Positions 9,465 through 18,418 of a stretch of DNA of 64,000 nt are shown here, piece by piece. The translations under genes and the position numbers were made by a program. The notes under the pieces were generated by a model, which made no database searches, was not told where the DNA came from, and saw only the letters and a list, made by a program, of their open reading frames with translations. The first letter of the stretch is position 1; each line of letters begins with the position of its first letter. The stretch covers positions 64,001 to 128,000 of the forward strand of contig CBFGIT010000002.1 in assembly GCA_965648905.1 (NCBI GenBank), read 5' to 3'. This DNA is from a candidate division WOR-3 bacterium (GTDB lineage: Bacteria > Hydrothermota > Tepidihabitantia > Tepidihabitantales > Tepidihabitantaceae).

Positions 9465-9679
9465 AGTGGAGAACACCTCGAAGCAGACGGCGAGCGTCTC
9501 CCGGGTCGTAAAGAGGTCCCAGAGGGGCTTGCCGGTGGCATCGTCGGTCGCCAGGGTCAGGGTGTCCTCAGGTCGCCCGGTTCCGAGCCGGCGATGCGGG
9601 CTGCCGGCCGCAGTTACCGTTGTCAAGACGGACATTTTCCTCGTGCCATTTCCCTATGACATTATCGCTGTGCTGTCAC
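9465..9679 (-). mobile_element. IS1202/ISNCY-type transposase fragment plus terminal repeat
   Basis: Minus-strand peptide GSPHRRLGTGRPEDTLTLATDDATGKPL...ETLAVCFEVF matches the DGSxH...DDATG core. 9621-9679 has the subterminal repeats GGACATTTTC and TGACATTATC and ends in ACA. Confidence 0.65.
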
Positions 9680-9697
9680 AACGGGTGGCACGGTCGC

Positions 9698-9725
9698 TTG
9701 ACAGCGGCTGGTCTGACTCTATCAT
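9698..9725 (+). promoter_or_regulatory. Sigma70-like promoter for apgM
   Basis: TTGACA-16 nt-TATCAT, about 10 nt before GTG 9736. Confidence 0.55.
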
Positions 9726-9735
9726 TGTACTCGCA

Positions 9736-10941
9736 GTGCAGCTTCCTGATTCGCTTGCCGTTTCCAACGAGAAGAAGATTCTGCTCGTCGTGCTCGATGG
9801 TCTGGGCGGTCTGCCGGTCGACGGTAAGACCGAGCTTGAGGCCGCGGCCACGCCGAATCTGGACCAGCTCGCAGCCCGCTCAAGCCTGGGGCTACACACG
9901 CCGGTCGGACTGGGCATCACGCCCGGCTCAGGTCCGGCCCATCTGGCACTCTTCGGTTACGACCCGGTCCGGTATCAGGTCGGCCGCGGGGTGCTTGAAG
10001 CACTCGGGGTTGGTCTGGACATCGGCCCGGATGACCTGTGCGGCCGGGCCAATTTCTCAACCATCGGCAAGGATGGTCTGCTCGTCGACCGACGGGCCGG
10101 TCGGATTGCCACCGACAAGTGTGCCGAGCTCTGTGTCCGGATTCGCAAGGCAGTTCCGGTGCTCGGCGACATCGAGGTCATCGTTCGGCCCGGCCGAGAG
10201 CACCGGTTCGTTGTCGTGTTCCGGGGGCCAGGGCTTGAGTCGGGGCTTTCCGATTCAGACCCGCTGCACGAAGGGGTCGCGCCGAACGAAGTTCGGGCCG
10301 AGACCCCGGCCGCGGAGAAGTCCGCACGCGCGGCCAATGCGTTCATCCGGGAATGCGCCCGGATTCTGGCTGATGAGCCGAAGGCAAACTACGTGCTGCT
10401 GCGCGGGCTCGATTCGCCGCCTCAGATACCGTCGATGCAGGAGCGGTTCAAGCTCAAGCCTGCCTGCGTTGCGTCGTATCCGATGTACAAAGGCCTTGCC
10501 CGACTGGTCGGCATGGACGTCATCGAGGCGGGCAGTTCATGGGAGGCCGAGCTTGCCGCGCTGCACGAGCAGATGAGGAACTATGACTTCTTCTTCCTGC
10601 ATCTGAAGGAAACGGACAAGGCGGGCGAAGACGGCGACTTCGAGACCAAGGTCGAGTTGATTGAGCGGTTCGACGAAGAAGTCCTGCCGCGACTGCTCCG
10701 GATGGGGTTCGACGTACTCTGCATCACCGGGGACCATTCCACGCCCACCAGGCTACGTGGCCATTCGTGGCATTCGGTTCCGTTCCTGCTTCATTCACCC
10801 TGGGGTCGAGCTACCGGGACACGGGACGAGTTCTCGGAAAAGGCCTGCCTGCACGGCGCGTTCGGCAGCCACACTCCTGCCTGCCTGCTGATGAACCTGA
10901 TGCTTGCCCACGCGCTCAAGCTGAGGAAGTTCGGGGCCTAG
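9736..10941 (+). CDS. apgM: Cofactor-independent phosphoglycerate mutase, archaeal (ApgM) type
   Basis: KILLVVLDGLGG, TPNLD, TPGSGPAHLALFGYDP, GRGVLEALG, TGDHSTP. The ORF portion upstream of 9736 overlaps IS debris. Confidence 0.9.
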   Translation: MQLPDSLAVSNEKKILLVVLDGLGGLPVDGKTELEAAATPNLDQLAARSSLGLHTPVGLGITPGSGPAHLALFGYDPVRYQVGRGVLEALGVGLDIGPDDLCGRANFSTIGKDGLLVDRRAGRIATDKCAELCVRIRKAVPVLGDIEVIVRPGREHRFVVVFRGPGLESGLSDSDPLHEGVAPNEVRAETPAAEKSARAANAFIRECARILADEPKANYVLLRGLDSPPQIPSMQERFKLKPACVASYPMYKGLARLVGMDVIEAGSSWEAELAALHEQMRNYDFFFLHLKETDKAGEDGDFETKVELIERFDEEVLPRLLRMGFDVLCITGDHSTPTRLRGHSWHSVPFLLHSPWGRATGTRDEFSEKACLHGAFGSHTPACLLMNLMLAHALKLRKFGA

Positions 10942-11504
10942 TGCCGCGGCGCGCCATCATCTCAGTCTGGGATAAGTCCGGTGTCGTTGAGCTGGCTCGG
11001 GCCCTGCACGGCGCCGGTTTCGAGATTCTTTCAACGTCCAAGACCGCGGCCGCAATACGTGCGGCGCAGATTCCGGTGATTGAGATATCAGACTACACCG
11101 GCTCGCCGGAAATCCTCGGCGGCCGGGTCAAGACCCTGCATCCCAAGATTGCCGGCGGCATACTCTCGACCCGCAAGGACAATACGGTTGAGCCGATTGA
11201 CGTTGTGGTCTGCAATCTGTATCCGTTTGCTGATGGCCTGGCACGGGGTGCCGGCCATGATGAGCTGGTCGAGCTGATCGACATCGGCGGCATAACGCTG
11301 TTGCGGGCCGCAGCCAAGAACCACGCCTTTGTGACGGTTGTGCCTGACCCAAAGTACTATGGTCGCGTTGCGGCCGAGCTTGCGGCCCGGGGCGAGGTCG
11401 GGTCTGAGCTACGCCTCGAGCTGGCCGCAGTTGCGTTCGACATCACCAGCCGGTACGACACAACCATCGCGCAGTACTTGGACCGGCTGCGTTCAAGCAG
11501 ATAG
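10941..11504 (+). CDS. IMP cyclohydrolase (PurH N-terminal MGS-like domain only)
   Basis: RAIISVWDKSG, GGRVKTLHPKI.GGIL, NLYPF, IDIGG..LLRAAAKNH; ends after about 187 aa with no transformylase domain. Confidence 0.85.
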   Translation: MPRRAIISVWDKSGVVELARALHGAGFEILSTSKTAAAIRAAQIPVIEISDYTGSPEILGGRVKTLHPKIAGGILSTRKDNTVEPIDVVVCNLYPFADGLARGAGHDELVELIDIGGITLLRAAAKNHAFVTVVPDPKYYGRVAAELAARGEVGSELRLELAAVAFDITSRYDTTIAQYLDRLRSSR

Positions 11505-11543
11505 CGGCTGCACGCCGCGCTTGCGCCACAGTTACTGAGTTGT

Positions 11544-11559
11544 ATACTACTAGTAGTAT
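11544..11559. promoter_or_regulatory. Perfect 16-bp palindrome, candidate operator
   Basis: ATACTACTAGTAGTAT in an AT-rich intergenic region upstream of the gene at 11731. Confidence 0.4.
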
Positions 11560-11730
11560 TGCGTCGGACAGCAGCTACAATATGACGTGCCTGACGACGC
11601 ATATCGCGGATTAGCTCCGGGCTTATCCGGGTCTAACCGACGCGGGTTACAATCCCATCGTCGCGTCCAGGGAGCAAGAGCCCTGAGGTCGCGTCAAGTC
11701 AAGGACCAAAACCAACCAAAGGAGCATAGG

Positions 11731-14700
11731 ATGCGCAGGATAAGTATCGTGGCCGCACTTGCCATGTTGGTCAGTTCAAGCTGGGCAGCACCGTACCCAA
11801 TGGTCTTCAAATACCCGCAGTATGTGCAGGGCGGAGCAGCAGCCGGCACTCCCGGAACCGGCGTTCCTTTTGCCATACTGGTTGGAGTCAGGGCAGACGA
11901 GGCTTCGGGGATATATGGCTACCGGCCGAGGTTACTCCAGGCACCGGGCGGGGCAATTCGGCATCTGTTCTGGTCGGATTCGACTGCGGGTGGCGTTTCG
12001 CTGCGCAACCAGTTCATCACTGGAGATGCCGGTGCCTACGACAGCCTTTGCCGGTTGGTGATTTCTGCAGCGGGCGAGACAGCCCGGGTCTGGACGATGG
12101 TGAAGTCTACCGCAGCCGCGGTCGAGCGTGAGAGCATTCAGTTCAGACTGCGGCCCCTCGGCTCGGGGACCAACTACAACTCCGGGACTCGTGATACCCT
12201 GCGCATCATGGATATGACCCGGACCACCGGCAATGGCGGCTGGCTTGCCGGTCATGTTTTCCGCCAGAGCGGTGGGCCGAGGCTTTCGAATGCCGTGGTA
12301 CTGGCGTATTCGGGCGGCGCGATTGTCGGCTCGACCATCTCGGAGAACAACAAGATAAACGAAGGTTTCGACAGCACCGACGCCGGGTTCTTCCTGATGG
12401 CAGTCAAAGCCGGTCAGATTGACTCACTCCGCTTCTGCTCACGCACGAACTACTGGACCGACTCCGCACCGTACACACAGATACCCAGACCATGGGCTGT
12501 GTCACCGGGTGAAACCACCTGGGTTGATGCCGGCGCAATGATTCAAGGTGTGACCCGAACTCCGCAGTATCCGATGAGCAGCGAGAACGTGGTGGTCTCG
12601 GCGCGCATCTACAAGACTGGCGGCAGCGTCGTTTACGATACGCTGTATTACGCGGTGCGCGATACGACCGCCTGGAGCCGCGTCACCCGCGACAGTATCA
12701 GACAGAGCGATTCGACCTACTTTTACCACATTCCGCCCGGTGATACCGGAGCCACGGTCTACTACCGAATCGCCGTGTGGGACGACCTGAACAACCAGGT
12801 CATCACCCCCAGGCTGAGCTATCAGATACCTTTTGACCGCTCCATCTACCAGATTCAGTACACCAGTGGCGACACCTCGCCGGCCTATGGCAAGTATGTC
12901 CACACTGCCGGTATCGTGACCGGCGTTGTGACTCAGAACAAGACCTATGTCGGCACAAGAGAAGGTGGCCCGTGGAACGGTCTCTGCCTGTACCGTCGCG
13001 GCACGATTACCGATACCCTCGTGGTCGGTGACAGCCTCGATGTGCTGGCCGACGTGGTCGAGTTCAACAATCTGACCGAACTGGACACAGTTGTCCGGCT
13101 CGTCCGAAGCGGCTCAGGGCTCAGGTTCGACACAGCCCGAGTGTCGGTTGCCGAATCCAAACTGGAGTCACATGAAGGCGTCGTGCTCAGGCTTGACACA
13201 GTCCGAATGCTCGACGGCGTCGGCGGTCAGTTCCTGGCCGGAGGCTCGTACCGGCTCACCAACTTCGCCGGCACAGACACGACTGTTATCTACGTCACGA
13301 CCGGCTCGCAGTTTGTCGGCCGGACCGTACCTTCGGGTTGGTGCTATCTGGTTGCCAACGGCAGTCAATACCGAACCCAGCGGCAGCTTGACCCGAGGGT
13401 CCCGGGTGACCTGGCCGAGCTCGTGCCCGACGTGGCGGTGACCGCGATACTGGCACCGACCGATTCAGCAGTCGGCGGTGACACGGTTCGACCGACCGTG
13501 GTCGTCAGGAATCTGAGCACGCTGAATCCTGCCACAGATGTTCCGGTGCGGTTTCTTATCGGCTCGGTCTACAACGTGCAGCAGAATGTCGCCAGTCTTG
13601 GCCCAGGGGCGTCCGACACGGTCGTGTTCTCGCCCTGGGTTGCGGTCGGAGGCAGTTATCCGATGAGTGCATTCACTGCGCTGGCCGGCGACCCGAACCC
13701 GGCCAACGACACGGTCCGTGGTGCACTCGTCGTCGTGGTCCGTGACGTCGGCGCATACGTCATCAACCGGCCCCGGGCGGCCGAACAACTGGGCACAGCC
13801 CTGAGGCCGAGCGTCAGGGTCCGCAACTACGGCGGCGCGTCGGTCGTGTTCGACCTGAGACTAATCATCAAGAACAGCTCAGGTGCTACCGTGTACGACA
13901 CGACCGAAACCGGCATCGCGCTCTCGGGCAGTGGCTTTGTTGACCGCGAGTTCACCAAGACCTGGACCGCAGAGCCGGCCGGCACGTACAATGTGACCGC
14001 CTACACCAGCTTGGTCGGCGACACTGACCCGCTGAACGACACTGCCTACAGCGTCTGTGCAGTCAGCTCCGGCCCGGTCCTGCCCTGGGTCTGTATGAAC
14101 CGGTTGATGCCGACCACGCCGTCGAACCGCGAGATGAAAGACGGCGCCTGGCTGGCTGAGAAGGACAATCTCATCTACGCGGCCAAGGGCAACAAGAGCA
14201 CCGACTTCTACTGCTACTTCCCGGCCGCGGATTCCTGGAAGACTCTTGCCAGCATGCCGACCGGGCCGGACAACCGGACCATATCCAAAGGCGCGGCCGG
14301 AGTTGCCGGCGACCGGGATTACATCTACGCGACCAAAGGCAACAACACCAGTGAGTTCTGGCGCTACGACGCATCGCTCGATTCCTGGCGCCGCATGGCC
14401 GATGTTCCGCTCGGCACTTCGAACAAGAAGGTCAAGGGCGGGACCGACCTGGTCTACGTCAAGGCGACCGGTCCGGACCCGGGCCGCATCTATCTGCTCA
14501 AGGGATACAAGAACGAGTTCTACCGCTATGAAGTGAGCACGGATAGTTGGCGCACCCTGCCGCCGGCCCCGGTCGGCTCGAACATCCGCTGGGACAAAGG
14601 CTCCTGGCTGGCCTATCACGGCACTCCGGGCCAGGGCGAGTTCACCATCTTTGCCCACAAGGCTAAGTACCACGAGTTCTACGCTTTCGACGCCGGGGCC

Positions 14701-15345
14701 GATACTTGGTGCACGAAGTCGCTGACCGCCATGCCCCAGGTGAGCCGGACTACCGGCAAGACACGCAAGGCCAAGGACGGGTCGAGCGCGACCTGGTTCA
14801 ACGACGCGGTCTATGCGTTCAAGGGCGCCAACTCTCAGGAGTTCTGGCGCTACCGACCGGACGGCGACTCCTGGACCGAGATGGACACGATTCCTGCGGT
14901 CGGCGTGGCCAACAAGAAGAAGCGGGTCAAGGGCGGGGCCGACATCGTCACAGTCGGCAACGTGCTCTACGCGACCAAAGGGAACAAGAGCAGTGAAATC
15001 TGGCGGTACACGCCGGGAGCGACGCCTTACGCGTTACGCTCTACGCTGTACGCGGGGGAGGGTGTCCAGGCCGACATGATGCCTGAGGCGTCCGGCACAG
15101 TGCGGGTCTTCCCGAACCCGCTTCGAGCCGGCTTCGCGGCCGTGAGGCTGGGCGGTCAGGCCGCTGGTGGGCCGGTGCAGGTCAGCATCCTAGATGTCTC
15201 CGGTCGCTGCGTCCGCAATTCGTCATTCGTCATTCGGACCTCGTCCTTGCCGCTTGACCTCAGCGGCCTGCCGGTTGGTGTCTATACGTTAAGGCTCTCT
15301 GCGGGCGGCGTGACCGAGACCTCTCGACTGGTCATTCAGCACTAG
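11731..15345 (+). CDS. Large secreted protein: OB-fold-like region, CARDB domains, Kelch-like propeller and T9SS CTD
   Basis: RBS AAGGAG, signal peptide MRRISIVAALAMLVSSSWA, IYQIQ...GIVTG...GLCLY...VGD...VEFNNLTEL pattern, KGN-EFWRY repeats, CTD FPNP...GVYTLRL. Confidence 0.85.
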   Translation: MRRISIVAALAMLVSSSWAAPYPMVFKYPQYVQGGAAAGTPGTGVPFAILVGVRADEASGIYGYRPRLLQAPGGAIRHLFWSDSTAGGVSLRNQFITGDAGAYDSLCRLVISAAGETARVWTMVKSTAAAVERESIQFRLRPLGSGTNYNSGTRDTLRIMDMTRTTGNGGWLAGHVFRQSGGPRLSNAVVLAYSGGAIVGSTISENNKINEGFDSTDAGFFLMAVKAGQIDSLRFCSRTNYWTDSAPYTQIPRPWAVSPGETTWVDAGAMIQGVTRTPQYPMSSENVVVSARIYKTGGSVVYDTLYYAVRDTTAWSRVTRDSIRQSDSTYFYHIPPGDTGATVYYRIAVWDDLNNQVITPRLSYQIPFDRSIYQIQYTSGDTSPAYGKYVHTAGIVTGVVTQNKTYVGTREGGPWNGLCLYRRGTITDTLVVGDSLDVLADVVEFNNLTELDTVVRLVRSGSGLRFDTARVSVAESKLESHEGVVLRLDTVRMLDGVGGQFLAGGSYRLTNFAGTDTTVIYVTTGSQFVGRTVPSGWCYLVANGSQYRTQRQLDPRVPGDLAELVPDVAVTAILAPTDSAVGGDTVRPTVVVRNLSTLNPATDVPVRFLIGSVYNVQQNVASLGPGASDTVVFSPWVAVGGSYPMSAFTALAGDPNPANDTVRGALVVVVRDVGAYVINRPRAAEQLGTALRPSVRVRNYGGASVVFDLRLIIKNSSGATVYDTTETGIALSGSGFVDREFTKTWTAEPAGTYNVTAYTSLVGDTDPLNDTAYSVCAVSSGPVLPWVCMNRLMPTTPSNREMKDGAWLAEKDNLIYAAKGNKSTDFYCYFPAADSWKTLASMPTGPDNRTISKGAAGVAGDRDYIYATKGNNTSEFWRYDASLDSWRRMADVPLGTSNKKVKGGTDLVYVKATGPDPGRIYLLKGYKNEFYRYEVSTDSWRTLPPAPVGSNIRWDKGSWLAYHGTPGQGEFTIFAHKAKYHEFYAFDAGADTWCTKSLTAMPQVSRTTGKTRKAKDGSSATWFNDAVYAFKGANSQEFWRYRPDGDSWTEMDTIPAVGVANKKKRVKGGADIVTVGNVLYATKGNKSSEIWRYTPGATPYALRSTLYAGEGVQADMMPEASGTVRVFPNPLRAGFAAVRLGGQAAGGPVQVSILDVSGRCVRNSSFVIRTSSLPLDLSGLPVGVYTLRLSAGGVTETSRLVIQH

Positions 15346-15369
15346 CCGGCGCAACGCAGGCACACTGTT

Positions 15370-15395
15370 CCGGGGCGACCTCAGGGTCGCCCCGG
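15370..15395. terminator. GC-rich hairpin between convergent genes
   Basis: CCGGGGCGACC-TCAG-GGTCGCCCCGG; no clear U-tract. Confidence 0.6.
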
Positions 15396-15455
15396 ATGCT
15401 GGTTGACCAGGCAGTATCGTGTTGCTCTTCTCCGCGACCGCGGAGCGGCTTACCC

Positions 15456-16634
15456 TCAGACTTTGCAGTCCGAAGGCGGAGCGGTGAGTGCAGCCGGGTC
15501 TTGGGCCCGGGCGATGAAGCGTGCGACCTCGTCTTCGGTGTTGTAGAAGTGAGGCGCTATCCGCAGCATGTTCTCACGCAGGGAGCAGACCATCCCTGCG
15601 GACTTGAGCCAGGCGTGAATCGAGGCAGGGCACGCACCAGGTCTGCGGCAGGTGATGATACCGGCGCTTCTGTCCGGTTCGGCTGGCGTGACGACTTCGA
15701 ACCCAACTGCTTCAAGGCCGGTTCGCAGCAGCGCGGCGAGGTTTCGAACCCGCGCCTCGATGGCGGCGATGCCGACGTCAAGCATCAGTTTCAGCGATTC
15801 ACCTAGACCATAGATGGCCAGGTAGTTCTTGGTTCCTTCTTCCAGCCGACTCGCGCCGGGCTTGAGCGGCTTGCGGCTGAAGATGTCGTTGAAGTCGTCC
15901 CATCGGGCTGAGAGCCAGCCGAGGTTGAAGGGCCTGAGTCGAGGCAGCAGGTCTCTGTCCACGTAGATGAACCCGGAACCCTGGGGTGAGAACAGCCACT
16001 TGGCACCGTGGGACACGAGGAAGTCGGGCTTGACTCTGGACCAGTCCAGGTCAACTGCACCAAGTCCTTGAATTGCGTCAATCAGGGTCAGGACGCCCTG
16101 TGTCCGGCAGAACCGACAGATTGAGGCGACGTCGAACCGGCGACCGGTAAGGAAGTGGACCCAAGAGACCGCGACAAGCCGCGTTCGGCGGTCGATAAGG
16201 CGGAAGAGAGTGTCCGGGGCCTGAACCAGCGCCTCGCTTGTGACCGTGCGCTGCTCGACCCGAGGCAGCAGATAGGAGAAGGGATAAGTGACGGTTGGGA
16301 AGTCATCGGCCAGAAGGACGACATTGTCGCCCGGCTGCCATTCGATTGAGCCGATGGCGATTATGACGCCGGCTGAGGTGTTCTTGGTGAAGGCGACGTC
16401 GGCCGGGTCCACGTGGAGGAGCCGGGCCAGATTCGACCGGGTCTGTTCGGCCACGGCTTCGGCCTCAGCGTAGGGAACCTGGCCGGTCTCGGCCTGCTTG
16501 CGACAGAAGCGGTTGATTGCCTCAACCGCGGAAAGAGGCAGCGGGCCGGTCGCAGCGTGGTCAAAGTAGACGAGGTGCTCGGTGATTGGGAACAGTCGCC
16601 GTACTTCGCTGATGCTGGCAGTTCCTCTAGACAT
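15456..16634 (-). CDS. Class V PLP-dependent aminotransferase (cysteine desulfurase-like fold)
   Basis: YFDHAATGP, FTKNTS, DAIQGLG, SHGAKWLFSP (PLP Lys), RIAPHFYNTEDE. Confidence 0.85.
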   Translation of the reverse strand: MSRGTASISEVRRLFPITEHLVYFDHAATGPLPLSAVEAINRFCRKQAETGQVPYAEAEAVAEQTRSNLARLLHVDPADVAFTKNTSAGVIIAIGSIEWQPGDNVVLLADDFPTVTYPFSYLLPRVEQRTVTSEALVQAPDTLFRLIDRRTRLVAVSWVHFLTGRRFDVASICRFCRTQGVLTLIDAIQGLGAVDLDWSRVKPDFLVSHGAKWLFSPQGSGFIYVDRDLLPRLRPFNLGWLSARWDDFNDIFSRKPLKPGASRLEEGTKNYLAIYGLGESLKLMLDVGIAAIEARVRNLAALLRTGLEAVGFEVVTPAEPDRSAGIITCRRPGACPASIHAWLKSAGMVCSLRENMLRIAPHFYNTEDEVARFIARAQDPAALTAPPSDCKV

Positions 16635-16672
16635 GTTCAGTCAGGGCAGGAAGCCACTTCCACACCATACCA

Positions 16673-18415
16673 TCACTGCTCGAGGATGCGGAACTCGGTG
16701 CGTCGGTTCCTGGCCATGCCTTCGGGCGAGTCGTTGGGCGCAATCGGCTGGGTGTCGGCATAGCCGTTGGCGGTCAACCGCCCGGGCGCGATGCCGCACT
16801 TCTCCACAAGATATTCGCGCACCGCCTCGGCCCGGGCTCGGGAAAGCTCCCAGTTGGACGGAAACTCACGGGTGTTGATTTCGCGCGGGTCAGTGTGGCC
16901 GGCCAGTTCGACCTTGATGTCAGGGGTCTGCTTCAGGATTTGTCCGGCACGGTCGAGCACTGCGACAAACTGGGGCAGGATATCGGCCTTGCCGGTCTCG
17001 AAGTTGACACCTTCGAGCACAATGGTCATCCGCTTCTTCACCAGATAGAAGTCGCGCTCGGTTGTCCGGCCGGTTTCAACCCGGAGTGTGCAGGCCTGGG
17101 GGATGTAGTCTTCACTCGGCCCGGTGACGCCGACCCGATACTCGCCCGCGGGCAGATTGCGGAACCGGAACCGGCCCGAATCGCCGACCGCCTGCTCGCC
17201 GAAAGCCACGCCGCGATGGGCGATGCGGCCGGCCAGAGGCTGGCGCGTGGCCGCATCAAAGATGCCGCCCCTGAGCTCGCCATACTTCACCCGCTCCATG
17301 GCAATGACCAGGCGTTGCTCGCTTCGCCCGAGCACGGCCAGGGTGTCTTCCTTCGGAACATAGCCGGCAAGAATCGCCCGCGTGAACAAGCTGCCGGGTG
17401 CGAGGCGTTCAAGACGCAACTCTCCGGCAGTGGCGACCGTGTCCTTGAGCCCACGCACAACCAGATACGGCACGAGCGGTTGCCTGGTTTCGGCATCGAC
17501 GACCTGGACCAGCACCGCGCCGAGCCGCTCGACCGGTGCCCGGCTGAGCGTTGCCGACAGGCCGATGCGATGGGTCAGGCCGAGCTGACCATAAGGGACA
17601 ACCGCGTAGTCCAGACCGAAATTCTGATACCTGACACCCAGCCCCGCGGTCAGTCCGGCAAGACCACCCAGGGTTGAGAGGTCCTCGGGCCCGGTGCGAT
17701 ACCCGAGGCGCAGGCAGAATTCCTTGATGGGCGCGTACTCGACACCGGCTCTCAGGTTGACCGAGTTGTCAAACGGGACGACCACGTCGAGCAGGCCGGT
17801 GACACCGCGTACCGAGTAGCTCGCCCCGGCCGCAAGCTCGGTCGGCAGCTTTTCCGGGCCGCCGGGGAACGACATCGTGCCCAGATTCCGGACCGCGAAT
17901 CCAAACCCAAGTCCGGGACCAGGCCGCATCAGCCCGCCGAGGTCGACTGCTGCGCCGAAACCACGGGCAATGTTCAGGTCTTCGACCAGACCTTTGACTG
18001 CTGCGCCGACCTGATAGCGGTCAAACAAGGTCACGCCGTAGGCAGCAGTGAGCAGGCCGTTCCAGGTCGAGAACGTGTCGCCGGGCAGATTCTCATTGCT
18101 CCAGCGCTCAATGCCCGGCTCACCTGAGTAGACAAGACCGAAGCCGAGGATGCCGGGCCCGGCCGGCAGGGCCGCATGCCCGACTTCATCGGTCGCGTCC
18201 GCAAACCACTGGTGGTGAGAGAGCGCGATGTGATAGTCGACCAGCCCGGCCAGCCCGGCCGGGTTCCAGTACACCGAGCTGGCATCATCGGCCAGGCCGG
18301 TGAACGACTCGCCCAATGCCGCAGCGCGCGGGCCCTGGCCGATTTTCAGGACCGGCAGAGCCGAAGTGCCGACTGAGTTCGACGAGAGGAGCAGAAGAAG
18401 AACAGCCGCGGTCAT
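16673..18415 (-). CDS. PorV/PorQ-like beta-barrel fused to Ig-like domains and an OmpA-C peptidoglycan-binding domain
   Basis: GPRAAALGE...ADDASSVYWNPAGL N-terminus; barrel ending THRIGL; VNFETGKA, GHTD, NWELSRARA, NRRTEF. Confidence 0.85.
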   Translation of the reverse strand: MTAAVLLLLLSSNSVGTSALPVLKIGQGPRAAALGESFTGLADDASSVYWNPAGLAGLVDYHIALSHHQWFADATDEVGHAALPAGPGILGFGLVYSGEPGIERWSNENLPGDTFSTWNGLLTAAYGVTLFDRYQVGAAVKGLVEDLNIARGFGAAVDLGGLMRPGPGLGFGFAVRNLGTMSFPGGPEKLPTELAAGASYSVRGVTGLLDVVVPFDNSVNLRAGVEYAPIKEFCLRLGYRTGPEDLSTLGGLAGLTAGLGVRYQNFGLDYAVVPYGQLGLTHRIGLSATLSRAPVERLGAVLVQVVDAETRQPLVPYLVVRGLKDTVATAGELRLERLAPGSLFTRAILAGYVPKEDTLAVLGRSEQRLVIAMERVKYGELRGGIFDAATRQPLAGRIAHRGVAFGEQAVGDSGRFRFRNLPAGEYRVGVTGPSEDYIPQACTLRVETGRTTERDFYLVKKRMTIVLEGVNFETGKADILPQFVAVLDRAGQILKQTPDIKVELAGHTDPREINTREFPSNWELSRARAEAVREYLVEKCGIAPGRLTANGYADTQPIAPNDSPEGMARNRRTEFRILEQ

Positions 18416-18418
18416 CGG

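Noticed and set aside
9379..9735. Long N-terminal extensions on apgM, the 11587 ORF, tal (45764) and the aminotransferase (48690)
   Set aside because: Downstream starts fit RBS or promoter position and family length; the extensions overlap IS debris, intergenic DNA or the previous gene
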